A stretch of 64,000 bases of DNA from an uncultured Spirochaetota bacterium (lineage in GTDB: Bacteria > Spirochaetota > Brevinematia > Brevinematales > JAOACQ01), in NCBI GenBank assembly GCA_963835575.1, contig CAWIGG010000002.1:768001-832000 (forward strand), written 5' to 3'. Below are positions 46,808 through 56,514 of the stretch, piece after piece. The first letter of the stretch is position 1. The number at the start of each line of letters is the position of its first letter. Both the position numbers and the translations under genes were made by a program. The notes under the pieces were generated by a model, which ran no database searches, was not told where the DNA came from, and saw nothing but the letters and a program-made list of their open reading frames with translations.

Positions 46808-48375
46808 ACACCCTCCTGATTTAAGATTTGTAATGATTTCGTTTTAGGACTATTTAAAATACTGGTCAACGTTTTTGCGGCTTCGGCAACCCGCTTCATA
46901 TTCCTGGGTTCATCAGTTTCCTGCAAAGCAAACCGGTCGAAAATTCTTTCTACAGCTTTGATGATGATAGAACGCCATTCTTTTAAGATTGTAAAAGTAG
47001 GTTGGTTTCCTTCTATGCTTTTGCTTAGCTCATCGGTTATGGCATAAAAATCGGATTCTGTTTCTTCCCAGAAAGCGGAACGGATAAAAGATATATCGCC
47101 CTTTTTGTCACCGGGCCTATCAAACAAGGCTGATTTAACTTGATCTTGGAGTAATTTTGACATTTCATCGGCGGCGGTGATTATTTTTTGAACCTCTTCG
47201 ACAAATCGCTCTTTTTTATCTTCACTGATATTCAACAAGGGCATAGTCTGGTCGTACCAGCAACGGGCTTTCATATTATCCATATCATAACCAAAGCACC
47301 ATATTCTATTTTGCCCAGAATTACTTATTTTATATACCTTATGCGTAATAAAAGATTTTACAATTGCGGCTGCCTTCTCATTTTCCGATCCACCTAAAGT
47401 CAAAGAAAGCCAATCAGGATAAGAAAATCCTCCTTGTTTACCTTTGATTGCAATAAGGCTTGTACTTCCATCTTTTTCTTTCTGTTGTCTATAGGGGCTA
47501 AGAGTATGCTGCCAAATTGAAGAATAGCTTATACCATAGTTAATAGCTTTGAATTCTACCCAAACAGAACCAGTGCTTCCACAAATGCTACATGTTTTAG
47601 ATTCTATTTTTTTCAATAATCGAATACGGCGAGGCATGCCCCAATACATTTGTAATTCATTGACATCTGAAGGATTAGTTTGTATATCATTTTTACTTTC
47701 GCGAGTCAAAGCCATCCATGGAAAAATATTAAAAGGTGCGTTTTGGACTGGTTCTCCGAATTTTTCTTCTTTAGTCAAAATATTCAACCAAACCATTTTC
47801 CACAAAGAATCTTCTGAAGCCTCATTAATTATCAGTGTAGTTAAAGGACCACCACCCCTCATACCCGTTCTATGACCCTGACCACCTGATGGTGCATTAA
47901 TCTGTAAGGTGCTTAATGCCGTAGTCACACACCTATCACAAAGACATTCAACGACATCCCTTTTTACAAAATGATCTAAATTATTTTTTACAGTATTTGC
48001 CCCCGGTGAATCAATAAGAAGAGATCGTATATTTGAAACTTCTGCTTTTTCAGGAAGATTAAAATCCTGCATAAACGCCGGGCCATGCTCATTCACCAGT
48101 TCAAAAGCTTCTACGAATTTACTAAAAACCCCTCTCAATTCTTCACATGAAGGTGTTTTATCCCACCTATCTTTCCATTCCTTGTCATCTTCGGGAGCGT
48201 AAGCGGTTTGAACAAGTCCAATCATAAACTGGTAAAGCGCCCCTCGGAAATCCGGACGCGGCGCGGTAATTTCAGTAACAGGATTATCCGAAAGCCCAAT
48301 TTCCCAGGGAGCAATAACACATTCTGTTCCATCCGCACGTTTTACCGGAATCCACCGGTCTTTAATTAAATTCAT
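46804..48375 (-). CDS. cse1: Type I-E Cas8e (Cse1/CasA)
   Basis: MNLI.D.WIPV, PRPDF, APSGG.GHR...RGGGPLTT, YW.MPRR.RL. Confidence 0.95.
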   Translation of the reverse strand: MNLIKDRWIPVKRADGTECVIAPWEIGLSDNPVTEITAPRPDFRGALYQFMIGLVQTAYAPEDDKEWKDRWDKTPSCEELRGVFSKFVEAFELVNEHGPAFMQDFNLPEKAEVSNIRSLLIDSPGANTVKNNLDHFVKRDVVECLCDRCVTTALSTLQINAPSGGQGHRTGMRGGGPLTTLIINEASEDSLWKMVWLNILTKEEKFGEPVQNAPFNIFPWMALTRESKNDIQTNPSDVNELQMYWGMPRRIRLLKKIESKTCSICGSTGSVWVEFKAINYGISYSSIWQHTLSPYRQQKEKDGSTSLIAIKGKQGGFSYPDWLSLTLGGSENEKAAAIVKSFITHKVYKISNSGQNRIWCFGYDMDNMKARCWYDQTMPLLNISEDKKERFVEEVQKIITAADEMSKLLQDQVKSALFDRPGDKKGDISFIRSAFWEETESDFYAITDELSKSIEGNQPTFTILKEWRSIIIKAVERIFDRFALQETDEPRNMKRVAEAAKTLTSILNSPKTKSLQILNQEGV

Positions 48376-51117
48376 TCAAGCCTCCTCATTTAACTCCGCA
48401 CCCCACCCAAGTCGCGGATCATAATATTCCGATATCGGTTTATTACCAGAAAGTGCTTCGCTTGACCTGCAATTAACCAAAACGATTTCACTATATTTCA
48501 GTCTCGAAATTTCAGATTTTAATTTCTTTTCTAATTTTAAATAATCCGCAGACAGTTCATAATTAATTTTCTTCCAATTACACAAAGAAACAGAAAGAGT
48601 ACTCCAGTCCCAAGCATTATTTTCGACTTCCGCATAAGGAATCAGCTTGCCATTCTGGATAACAGCCAGGGCTATTTCCTGATTTTCTTCCATTAAACGG
48701 GTGCTTTTTTCTTCCTCTTCGCCCCAATCACTCAGTTTATCCGCATCCCAGCAATAACCCTTTTCAAGAATAATAGCACTCAAATCTCCCTGGGCCTCTT
48801 TTTTCCTGTCTGCACCCTCCGCCCTTGACACTTTTTCTTTCAGACCCTCCGGCAATTCCTGAGAATTATTCTCATCATAAACATTTTCAATTAAATCCCT
48901 TGCTTCCTCCGGCATCTTCCAACCCTTTTTCCCTTCCAATAATCTCTGCGTTCTCCAGAGAATCCCAACATTTTGATAAACAGATGATGTGCCTTTAAAA
49001 TCACCCGACAGCCAATTTTTATCAGCGTTATCGTTAAATACAGGACAGAACAAATAAATAACGGGAACCCCTCTTTCATCAACTGCATTGTCTTCAAGTC
49101 TGTTACCCTCTTTATCCCTGACATGCCGGCGAAGGCGCCCGGCTCTTTGAATCAATAAATCAATAGGGGCAAGGTCGGAAAACATAGCATCAAAGTCAAG
49201 ATCTAAAGACTGTTCCACAACCTGAGTTGCAATCAATATTCGGCCTTTTCGTTTATCTTTGCCGCTCATTATTCCAAAATTGTCAATAGTCGCCTTTTCA
49301 ATTCTTGCCCGATCGATCATAGCAAACCGGCTATGGAAAAGATCAATATTTTCACACTCAATACCAGACATGTTTCTTAAATCAAAATAGGCTTTTCTGG
49401 CATCCTTGACGGTATTGCGCACCCAGCAGACACATTCTTCCTTCTCGGCTTTCTTAATGATTTCAGCCAACACATCGGAATAATTGTAAGTAAATTTCAC
49501 ATCAACTTCCCTTTTCAACTTTTTACTGGTTTGGACAATATCAATCTTTAAAACATCTTTAGCTACTTGAGTTATTGAAGGAAAAGCTTTTTCACCGGAG
49601 TATTCTGTCACATCATCCTGATTCCCCAAACCTCTTCGGAACGCCTTTAAAATATCCCTTTTTTTCTTCAGTGGAATCGTCGCGGAAAGTAGTATTGCCG
49701 TACCTCCACTCCGTGCATGCGCTTCTAATAAAGTTTCTAATAAATGACCCATATAAGGGTCATACGCATGAACCTCATCTACAACAAGTACTTTTCTTTG
49801 CATTCCCAATAACCGAAGGGATTGATGTCTCACCGGTAAAATACCAATCAGAGCCTGATCGATAGTGCCTACCCCCACATCCGCCAGCAGGGCTTTTTTC
49901 CGATTGTCCGTAAACCATTCATTACAATAAGCACTTGCTGTTTCCTCAACATTTCCATAAGATTGATCCTCTTTTTGCAACAGCTTTATGAACACATCAT
50001 ATAAATGGCTTGATCCATGAGATAATATAATCGAAGGTTTTGAATTATCTGTATAAAGTTTGTAATAAGCTTGTTTCATTCTATTAAACATAGCGTTTGC
50101 CGTCGCCATTGTGGGCAACCCGATATAAAGCCCGTCCGCTTCCCCGGCAGCCATAATACGGGCGGCCAGTACCATAGCGGCTTCTGTTTTCCCCGCCCCG
50201 GTAACATCTTCTATTATGAATAACTTAGGTCCCGTACTTAAAGGTGTGATTTCAGCCAAAGACTGAAGAGGTGTCGGACGATGAATAAAAGGGAACATAG
50301 ATGAAATATCGCTGTATTTACTTGCTTTCCCCACGTTCCACCGGATTTTATCTAAAGCTATGCTCGCCTGTGATAAAGCCCTATTATTCCAATAATCTTT
50401 TAACTCTACTATATCAGATAGGTAAGGAAAATATTCTTGATTAGAACCAACCCAGTCCGCCAGAATACCAAGCCCGGCTATCTGCCAAGATAGTTCTTTT
50501 AATATTTTTTTAGGAATAATGTAATTTTCAGGAAACTCAGGAATTATACCCAAAAGATCAAAACAGGAATTTATAAAACTTTGGGCAGCTTTAACATCAT
50601 TATCATCAAAAAAAGAAGATACATATAATGGTGTATTTCCTCCTCTGCTAGACTCAAGCGGCGGAATTCCATGGTGACCAAATGCCGCTTTAATAATATA
50701 GTCAGCAATCTGCATCAAGATATTGTTTTTTGAATCGAATAAATATTTTATAGAATTTTCATTTCTATTCGGATCACCGCGCCAAAGAAGAAAACCAAGA
50801 GTATCATGCCTCTCTTCATAAATTTTAATTTTATGTAAAGGAAACAGAATACAATATAAACCAGGCACTAAGGATTGAAAGGTTTTTGAAAATTTTCCAA
50901 GGTCGTGAATGATCATAATCAATGTAATAACATAACGAACCGTTTTTCCAGGAAAGGATAGTTTTTGAGCTATATCCTTGCATCTCCGGGATTCCGGATC
51001 AAGCAACAGCCAAGTTACAGCGGCTACATCTAAGCAGTGGTATGGCAAAAGATGGTAAGAAAACTCTTTATCTCCTTTTTTGGTTGATTTTCCCCAGTAG
51101 AAATAATAATCTTTCAT
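48376..51117 (-). CDS. cas3: Cas3 HD nuclease-helicase
   Basis: YHCLDVA, HDLGK, GHHG, LADW; TG.GKTEA, DEVHAY, HSRF, ATQVVEQSLD.DFD, QRAGRL.RH. Confidence 0.98.
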   Translation of the reverse strand: MKDYYFYWGKSTKKGDKEFSYHLLPYHCLDVAAVTWLLLDPESRRCKDIAQKLSFPGKTVRYVITLIMIIHDLGKFSKTFQSLVPGLYCILFPLHKIKIYEERHDTLGFLLWRGDPNRNENSIKYLFDSKNNILMQIADYIIKAAFGHHGIPPLESSRGGNTPLYVSSFFDDNDVKAAQSFINSCFDLLGIIPEFPENYIIPKKILKELSWQIAGLGILADWVGSNQEYFPYLSDIVELKDYWNNRALSQASIALDKIRWNVGKASKYSDISSMFPFIHRPTPLQSLAEITPLSTGPKLFIIEDVTGAGKTEAAMVLAARIMAAGEADGLYIGLPTMATANAMFNRMKQAYYKLYTDNSKPSIILSHGSSHLYDVFIKLLQKEDQSYGNVEETASAYCNEWFTDNRKKALLADVGVGTIDQALIGILPVRHQSLRLLGMQRKVLVVDEVHAYDPYMGHLLETLLEAHARSGGTAILLSATIPLKKKRDILKAFRRGLGNQDDVTEYSGEKAFPSITQVAKDVLKIDIVQTSKKLKREVDVKFTYNYSDVLAEIIKKAEKEECVCWVRNTVKDARKAYFDLRNMSGIECENIDLFHSRFAMIDRARIEKATIDNFGIMSGKDKRKGRILIATQVVEQSLDLDFDAMFSDLAPIDLLIQRAGRLRRHVRDKEGNRLEDNAVDERGVPVIYLFCPVFNDNADKNWLSGDFKGTSSVYQNVGILWRTQRLLEGKKGWKMPEEARDLIENVYDENNSQELPEGLKEKVSRAEGADRKKEAQGDLSAIILEKGYCWDADKLSDWGEEEEKSTRLMEENQEIALAVIQNGKLIPYAEVENNAWDWSTLSVSLCNWKKINYELSADYLKLEKKLKSEISRLKYSEIVLVNCRSSEALSGNKPISEYYDPRLGWGAELNEEA

Positions 51118-51161
51118 TTTCTTACATCCAATGACAATTTACTAAAACCCATAAAACTTAC

Positions 51162-51452
51162 TTATGCCCACTTAATCCTTCCTATCACCCTTCCATTATA
51201 CCACATCCCCCGCGACACAGGACGTCCCTGTACAAGATAAATAAAAACCGCGCAAATCCGCCTCATCCGTGCTGATCCGTGTGAAAAATCGGATTTTATA
51301 ATAAAGATTCTTTTATTGTCGAGCATATATTCGATATCCTGCTTGACAGTGCTCTTGTTCACCTCGAATTTTTTGCTGATTTTTGAAACAGTAATTTTTC
51401 CTGAGTCTTTGATGTGCCGATTTATGTAGGCAATGCGCTCTGAAAGGCTCAT
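51162..51452 (-). pseudogene. Truncated winged-HTH regulator (N-terminus of a WYL/DeoR-type repressor)
   Basis: MSLSERIAYINRHIK...TVSKISKKFEV.KSTVKQDIEYM resembles the HTH of WYL proteins. After ~45 aa the frame runs into a short periodic repeat, and no WYL domain follows. Confidence 0.55.
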
Positions 51453-51619
51453 ATCCACCCCCTTGTCATCAGTGAGCCGTCAAACCCCCGCTATTGCACA
51501 AAAAGATAACCAATTATACACCCGTCTTCATTTTAAAACCATATTTATTTGATTCTCTATATCAATAAGGCTAATTTTAATTTTTTCATTATGTTTCCCC
51601 CGTGGTTGCTTCCCGTTCC

Positions 51620-51996
51620 TCCGTTCCCGAGGCCATTTTCCATTAGCCATAATCTGCGCATTAAATATCTCAATATCAAGTCGTGCTATCCGCTTTAATA
51701 ATAGAAGAGATGAAGCACATTCTTTTGACACGGATGTCAAAACCGCCGCATAAAGCCACGCCCAGCACCACTTTGATTGCCCGTCCTCAAAGTGGTGCTG
51801 GGCAAGGACAGCGTAATAAGGCGGCTATTATAAACGGGAATCATAAATTCAATAGACGGATAGCACACATCCATATCATCAGACTTCTTAGTATGAAAAT
51901 GGCCTCGACCTGTTTTCTTTCTTTTTTGCTCCTTTTCTTTCTTTTCGAAAAGAAAGAAAAGGAGCTTCCCCCAACAGCCTGTCGGAATAAAAAATC
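51620..51996 (-). repeat. Right (inverted) copy of the ~380-bp structured non-coding element
   Basis: Reverse-complement match to 41025-41402. Confidence 0.85.
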
Positions 51997-52071
51997 TCTT
52001 TAAATTTCATTAAAAAGAAAAGATTATCAAAAGAAAGTGACCCCCGCGGTAAGTGTTACCGCATAACACAT

Positions 52072-52108
52072 AAAAAAACCCGTAAGGTTAACTCCCTGCG
52101 GGTTTTTT
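52072..52108. terminator. Probable bidirectional intrinsic terminator
   Basis: AAAAAAACCCG...CGGGTTTTTT just downstream of the stop at 52130. Confidence 0.65.
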
Positions 52109-52129
52109 GTATTTTTGCGTGAAAAATAA

Positions 52130-53068
52130 TTATTCCAAGATTTCCTTTACATCGATGGTACCGCTCCATTGGGAATCCTTGATGATGTCTCCCCTTGCCC
52201 TGATCATCCTTCCGTTTTGTCTGAACAGGCTTTTCTTATAATCACCGATGACTTTGAGAGATATTCTGGACCGGGATTCGGGCTTGATGACCAGATAGAC
52301 TTCATTATCGCCCGTGCTGACTTCAACTTTTACATTAATAAAACCTTCATCGTCTTCGCCCTGTGTTTTGATTTCAATATCATGCGGACGGGACTTAACG
52401 TAATTTGTTATTGTAATGTAATTGGTTATGGTCAAATAAACATAATTTGTTATAGTTGCGATGTTGACCGTTGCCGGATTTCCGGCATTAATAACGCCCA
52501 GAATGGTTTTTATCTCGATTGTCCCGAACCTGCCGGTTTGCTTGTCTATTTCGCCTTTAACATCAATGATTTTTCCGTCATATTTAAAAAGCTCATTTCT
52601 CAATTTCCCGGTAACTTTCAGGTAAAGCTTTGATTCGGAATCCCAATTCTGGATGAAAAACACTTCATTACGTTTCAAAGTTGCTTCTATTTTACCCCTG
52701 TAGACTTCTCTGTTATCAATAATCACAGGTGCAGAAGAATACTGACCTGCCGCTGTGCTGATTATTTCATAGATATCAATAGTGCCCAGACTGGCGGTCT
52801 GTTTTTGAATGATGCCTTTAACTGTAATTATCTGGCCGTCATATTTGAAAAGCTCATTTCTGTATCTTCCAGTGATTTTCAATAATGCTTTTGCGGAAGA
52901 ATCCCAGTTTAATATAAAGAATACTTCATCACGCTTCAGCGTGACCTGGATTTTGCCCTTGCATACATCTTTGAGATTGGGGCTAATCATGTTCCCATTA
53001 TCGGGTTCGCCGGCAAAACCGCCTCTGAAGAAAGCTAATAAACATAAACTTAAAATAATAGTTTTCAT
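52130..53068 (-). CDS. Secreted hypothetical protein with three ~67-aa internal repeats
   Basis: Signal peptide; repeat consensus G.I..TL...EV.F...W.S.....LK.TG..R..LF..DG..I.V.G.I.K.....GTI.I..I. Confidence 0.75.
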   Translation of the reverse strand: MKTIILSLCLLAFFRGGFAGEPDNGNMISPNLKDVCKGKIQVTLKRDEVFFILNWDSSAKALLKITGRYRNELFKYDGQIITVKGIIQKQTASLGTIDIYEIISTAAGQYSSAPVIIDNREVYRGKIEATLKRNEVFFIQNWDSESKLYLKVTGKLRNELFKYDGKIIDVKGEIDKQTGRFGTIEIKTILGVINAGNPATVNIATITNYVYLTITNYITITNYVKSRPHDIEIKTQGEDDEGFINVKVEVSTGDNEVYLVIKPESRSRISLKVIGDYKKSLFRQNGRMIRARGDIIKDSQWSGTIDVKEILE

Positions 53069-53309
53069 TTTATTCTCCTTTGTTTTACTCTGAATATTAT
53101 TATAACAGGGTATTTATTTAATTGAAAAGCATTTTAATAAATTTTATATTTATAACAAAATTATTTCAACAATTTTTAATTCTCAGTTATGGCAACTCTT
53201 TATTTATTTTAAGTTTTATTTTAGAATATGCCGTTTACATTATCTAAAGCAGTTCAAAAAACCTGAAACATTTTGGAACTGACAATAATTTTAAAGCTGG
53301 AGAGTATCA

Positions 53310-53720
53310 ATGCCGGTTAATTTATTTGAGCGTTTAAAAGTGGTCAATGACGCGTTTTTTCAAATGCCTGAATTGCCTTGTATTAAATGGAGCAGGGGAG
53401 TCATAAAGAAAAAATACCGTAAACTCACATTCGGGACTTATGATATCAAAAGAGATCAGATCAGGATCCACCCGATATTGGAAAATGAAGCCGTTCCCGC
53501 TATTGTATTGAATTTTGTCATTTATCATGAGCTTCTGCATTATCAGGACAGGGACGCCTTAAAGGAAAGGTACAAAACGCCTTTCTTCCATAAAAGATCG
53601 TCGCACAAAGTGCATAATCCGCATTTTCACCGGCGTGAAAAAGCTTTTCCTGAAAAAAAGGAAGCGACAAAAATCATGCGCGAATTGACCCTGGGCACCT
53701 ATTGGAAAAATAAATATTAG
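53310..53720 (+). CDS. Small HEXXH metallopeptidase-like protein (YgjP/SprT-like)
   Basis: IRIHP.L....P..VL.FVIYHELLH...H...F...E. Confidence 0.75.
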   Translation: MPVNLFERLKVVNDAFFQMPELPCIKWSRGVIKKKYRKLTFGTYDIKRDQIRIHPILENEAVPAIVLNFVIYHELLHYQDRDALKERYKTPFFHKRSSHKVHNPHFHRREKAFPEKKEATKIMRELTLGTYWKNKY

Positions 53721-53865
53721 CCTTGCAGGCAAAGTGCCGATGTAGTTTATGGGGCTGAAGATGATTTTAAGGCCTTTCCGGGTATTGATATTCATAAACC
53801 TTGAATAATTTTTGAAAGCCAGTTAAAATATAAATTAAAATTTAGAAATGAGGGAAGGAGAATAT

Positions 53866-54894
53866 ATGAACTTTTTTTCTGTAATAAAAGACGCTTTTGT
53901 CAATGATCTGGCGATTGATCTGGGCACTGCGAATACCCTCATTTATATAAAGGGACAGGGCATTGTTCTTTCCGAGCCTTCCGTTGTCGCGATCCAGACC
54001 GGCACGGGGAAAGTAATGGCGGTGGGGAAAGAAGCGAAGAATATGCTGGGCAAAACCCCCGGGGATATTGTGGCCATCCGCCCGATGAGAGAGGGGGTGA
54101 TCGCAGATTTTGAAGTTGTCGGAAAAATGATGAAATATTTTATCTCAAAAAGCCAGACGCGGCGGAAACTGGTCCATCCCCGCGTCGTTATCGGCGTGCC
54201 TTCCGGAGTGACGGAAGTGGAAAGAAGGGCCGTAAGGGAAGCGGCCGAACAGGCCGGCGCGACAAAAATCTATCTGATAGAAGCGCCTAAAGCCGCGGCC
54301 CTCGGAGCGAACATTCCCATTGATGAACCGGCCGGACATATGGTAATCGATATCGGCGGAGGCACGACCGAGGTCGCTGTTCTGTCGCTGGGGGGAATCG
54401 TGATCAGCAACTCCATCCGCGTCGGCGGCGATAAATTCGACGAAGCAATCATGTCTCATCTGAAAAAATACCATAACCTGATCGTCGGCGAGAAAACGGC
54501 CGAGGAGCTCAAGATAAAGATCGGCAGCGCTTATCCTTTGAAAACCGTGGAAACAATGGAAATAAAAGGAAGGGACGCTATCAGCGGCCTGCCGAGAATA
54601 CTTAAAATCGACAGCGTTAAGGTCAGGGAAGCTCTTCAGGAAACCGTCAATAAAGTGCTGGACGCCGTCAGGCAGACGCTTGACCAGACGCCGCCGGAAC
54701 TTTCCTCGGACATAATCGAGAGGGGTGTTGTCATGGCGGGAGGCGGGTCTCTTTTGCGCGGTTTGCCTAAATTTATTTCAAAGAATACGGGAGTGCCCGT
54801 GTTTTTATCTGAAAATCCTCTTACCTGTGATGTACTGGGTGCGGGTAAATATCTTGAGAATATTAAAAAATATGAAAATCAGTATTATGGATAG
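53866..54894 (+). CDS. mreB: Rod shape-determining protein MreB
   Basis: [38 protein letters not shown] at 53866 after AAGGAG. Confidence 0.98.
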   Translation: MNFFSVIKDAFVNDLAIDLGTANTLIYIKGQGIVLSEPSVVAIQTGTGKVMAVGKEAKNMLGKTPGDIVAIRPMREGVIADFEVVGKMMKYFISKSQTRRKLVHPRVVIGVPSGVTEVERRAVREAAEQAGATKIYLIEAPKAAALGANIPIDEPAGHMVIDIGGGTTEVAVLSLGGIVISNSIRVGGDKFDEAIMSHLKKYHNLIVGEKTAEELKIKIGSAYPLKTVETMEIKGRDAISGLPRILKIDSVKVREALQETVNKVLDAVRQTLDQTPPELSSDIIERGVVMAGGGSLLRGLPKFISKNTGVPVFLSENPLTCDVLGAGKYLENIKKYENQYYG

Positions 54895-54913
54895 GGGCGA
54901 TTGGTAATATCCA

Positions 54914-55793
54914 ATGCAAAACCTTTATTTTTATAAGAACAAACCTTTCGTTTTTTCTGATCCTTCTCCTTTCCATTTCGGTTTGTCTGATGTTTTTCCA
55001 GGTCCGGTTTAATTTTTTAAACCTCAGGCCGGTATTCTTTTTTATCACATACCCTGTTCAATATTCCCTTAAAGCCATAGGGGATTTTTTCTCAAATTCT
55101 TTTGTCGGCATTTCCAAAATTCAGGAATTGGAAGATGAATTAAAAACAACGAGGGAGAGCCTGGACAAGTATAAGAGGACTCTTCTGCCTTTTTCTCAGC
55201 TGCAGAAAGACAATGAGGAATATAAAAAGATTCTGGGTGTAAAGTCCAAAATTGATTATAATACAAAATATGCCCGCATTGTATTCAGGGACCCCAGTTT
55301 GACCGGGGATTATTTTATTGTTGATAAAGGCGCGTTTGACGGACTTAAAGAAAATATGCCGGTGATTTCATATAATGAGGACGGGAATATTTATTTAATA
55401 GGTAAAACATCGGAAGTCAATCTTTCCGCGGCCAAGGTCAAGCTGATCACGGCGGCGGATTCTTTCATCGGCGTGGCGCTCAAATCCAGCGGATATGTCG
55501 GCGTTCTCAGGGGCAACGGTTCCTGGAACCAGAACTGCATCGCGGAGTATATTCCGATTGAGGCCGACACTTTCGCGGGAGAGGAAGTTGTCACATCCGG
55601 CGAAAGCGATATATTTCCCCCCGGTTTATTGATAGGACATGTAGTGGGCATCGGTAAAGCGCCTGTCGAGGAATTTTTTAAAAAGCTCTATGTAAAGCCT
55701 GAGTTTAAATACTCAAAAACCAGAAATGTTTTTATCATGGAATGGAAGCCCAATGTGGATGTCGGAAATCTGATAGAACATACGAGCGAGTAG
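54914..55793 (+). CDS. mreC: Rod shape-determining protein MreC (apparent 1-nt frameshift near 54944)
   Basis: Main frame has IVDKG..DG....MPV, LIGK..EV, GE.VVTSG...FP.G..IG.V. Its TM helix lies upstream of the first in-frame ATG (54990), and the plausible ATG at 54914 is in another frame. Confidence 0.85.
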
Positions 55794-55797
55794 GGAT

Positions 55798-56298
55798 ATG
55801 AAGAAAGGATTATTCAGAAATATTGTCTTCGGATTGATCATTTGTCTGCTGCTGGCCCTTCAGATGTCTTCGGTCATTTCGATTTTCAGGATAAATCCTG
55901 ATTTATTATTGATCCTCTGCATACTTCACACCATTAACAGAGGAGAATTGAAAGGCGAAATATTCGGTTTTATTATCGGGATTTCAGTCGATGTTTTCAG
56001 CGGCGAGATATTCGGCATCAACGCATTTGTTTTTACTTTTATCAGCTGGTTTACCGGCATTTACAGAAAATACATATTTGTTTCGGACGTTGTGGCCTAT
56101 TTGATATATCTGGGAATCGCCACTATAATAAAATATGTCCTGTTTGTGCTGCTGAGCCTGATTTTTAAGGGCGTCTGGATCATGGACGGAATGCTTCTGC
56201 TCAATATGGGCGGTGAGATTGTTTATAATATTCTGATAGGGACTTTGTTTTTCTACCTGTCGCCTTTTCTTTATAAAAAAGAGGAATTTTCATATTAA
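55798..56298 (+). CDS. mreD: Rod shape-determining protein MreD
   Basis: PDLLLI, FGF..G...D......G..A; polytopic; follows mreC. Confidence 0.92.
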   Translation: MKKGLFRNIVFGLIICLLLALQMSSVISIFRINPDLLLILCILHTINRGELKGEIFGFIIGISVDVFSGEIFGINAFVFTFISWFTGIYRKYIFVSDVVAYLIYLGIATIIKYVLFVLLSLIFKGVWIMDGMLLLNMGGEIVYNILIGTLFFYLSPFLYKKEEFSY

Positions 56299-56300
56299 TT

Positions 56301-56374
<74 letters not shown>

Positions 56375-56386
56375 GTTTTTATATAG

Positions 56387-56437
56387 GGCATTTCCAAAAA
56401 CAACCATATATACCAAATTGGTGTTTTTGGAAATGCC
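56387..56437. repeat. Intergenic palindrome of the TCCAAAAAC/GTTTTTGGA family
   Basis: 16-bp arms GGCATTTCCAAAAACA / TGTTTTTGGAAATGCC. Confidence 0.75.
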
Positions 56438-56514
56438 TAAAGATATTGTACCTGGAGAATAATATGTTCTTAAATATTAACTATTTTGTTGGTTTTTAGA
56501 ACTTTTCTGTATTT

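Noticed and set aside
36332..51996. Idea that the IS66 transposase mobilises the CRISPR cassette (CAST-like)
   Set aside because: The IS66 is self-contained with its own TIRs and TSD and lies 3 kb away. Its ends do not resemble the cassette-flanking elements, and cas3 is intact.
40989..52056. GCGGTAGTGT (40989-40998) and GCGGTAAGTGT (52046-52056) as a target-site duplication of the CRISPR cassette
   Set aside because: The match is imperfect, the right copy is part of a local hairpin, and the true element ends are undefined. It cannot be called without an empty-site sequence.
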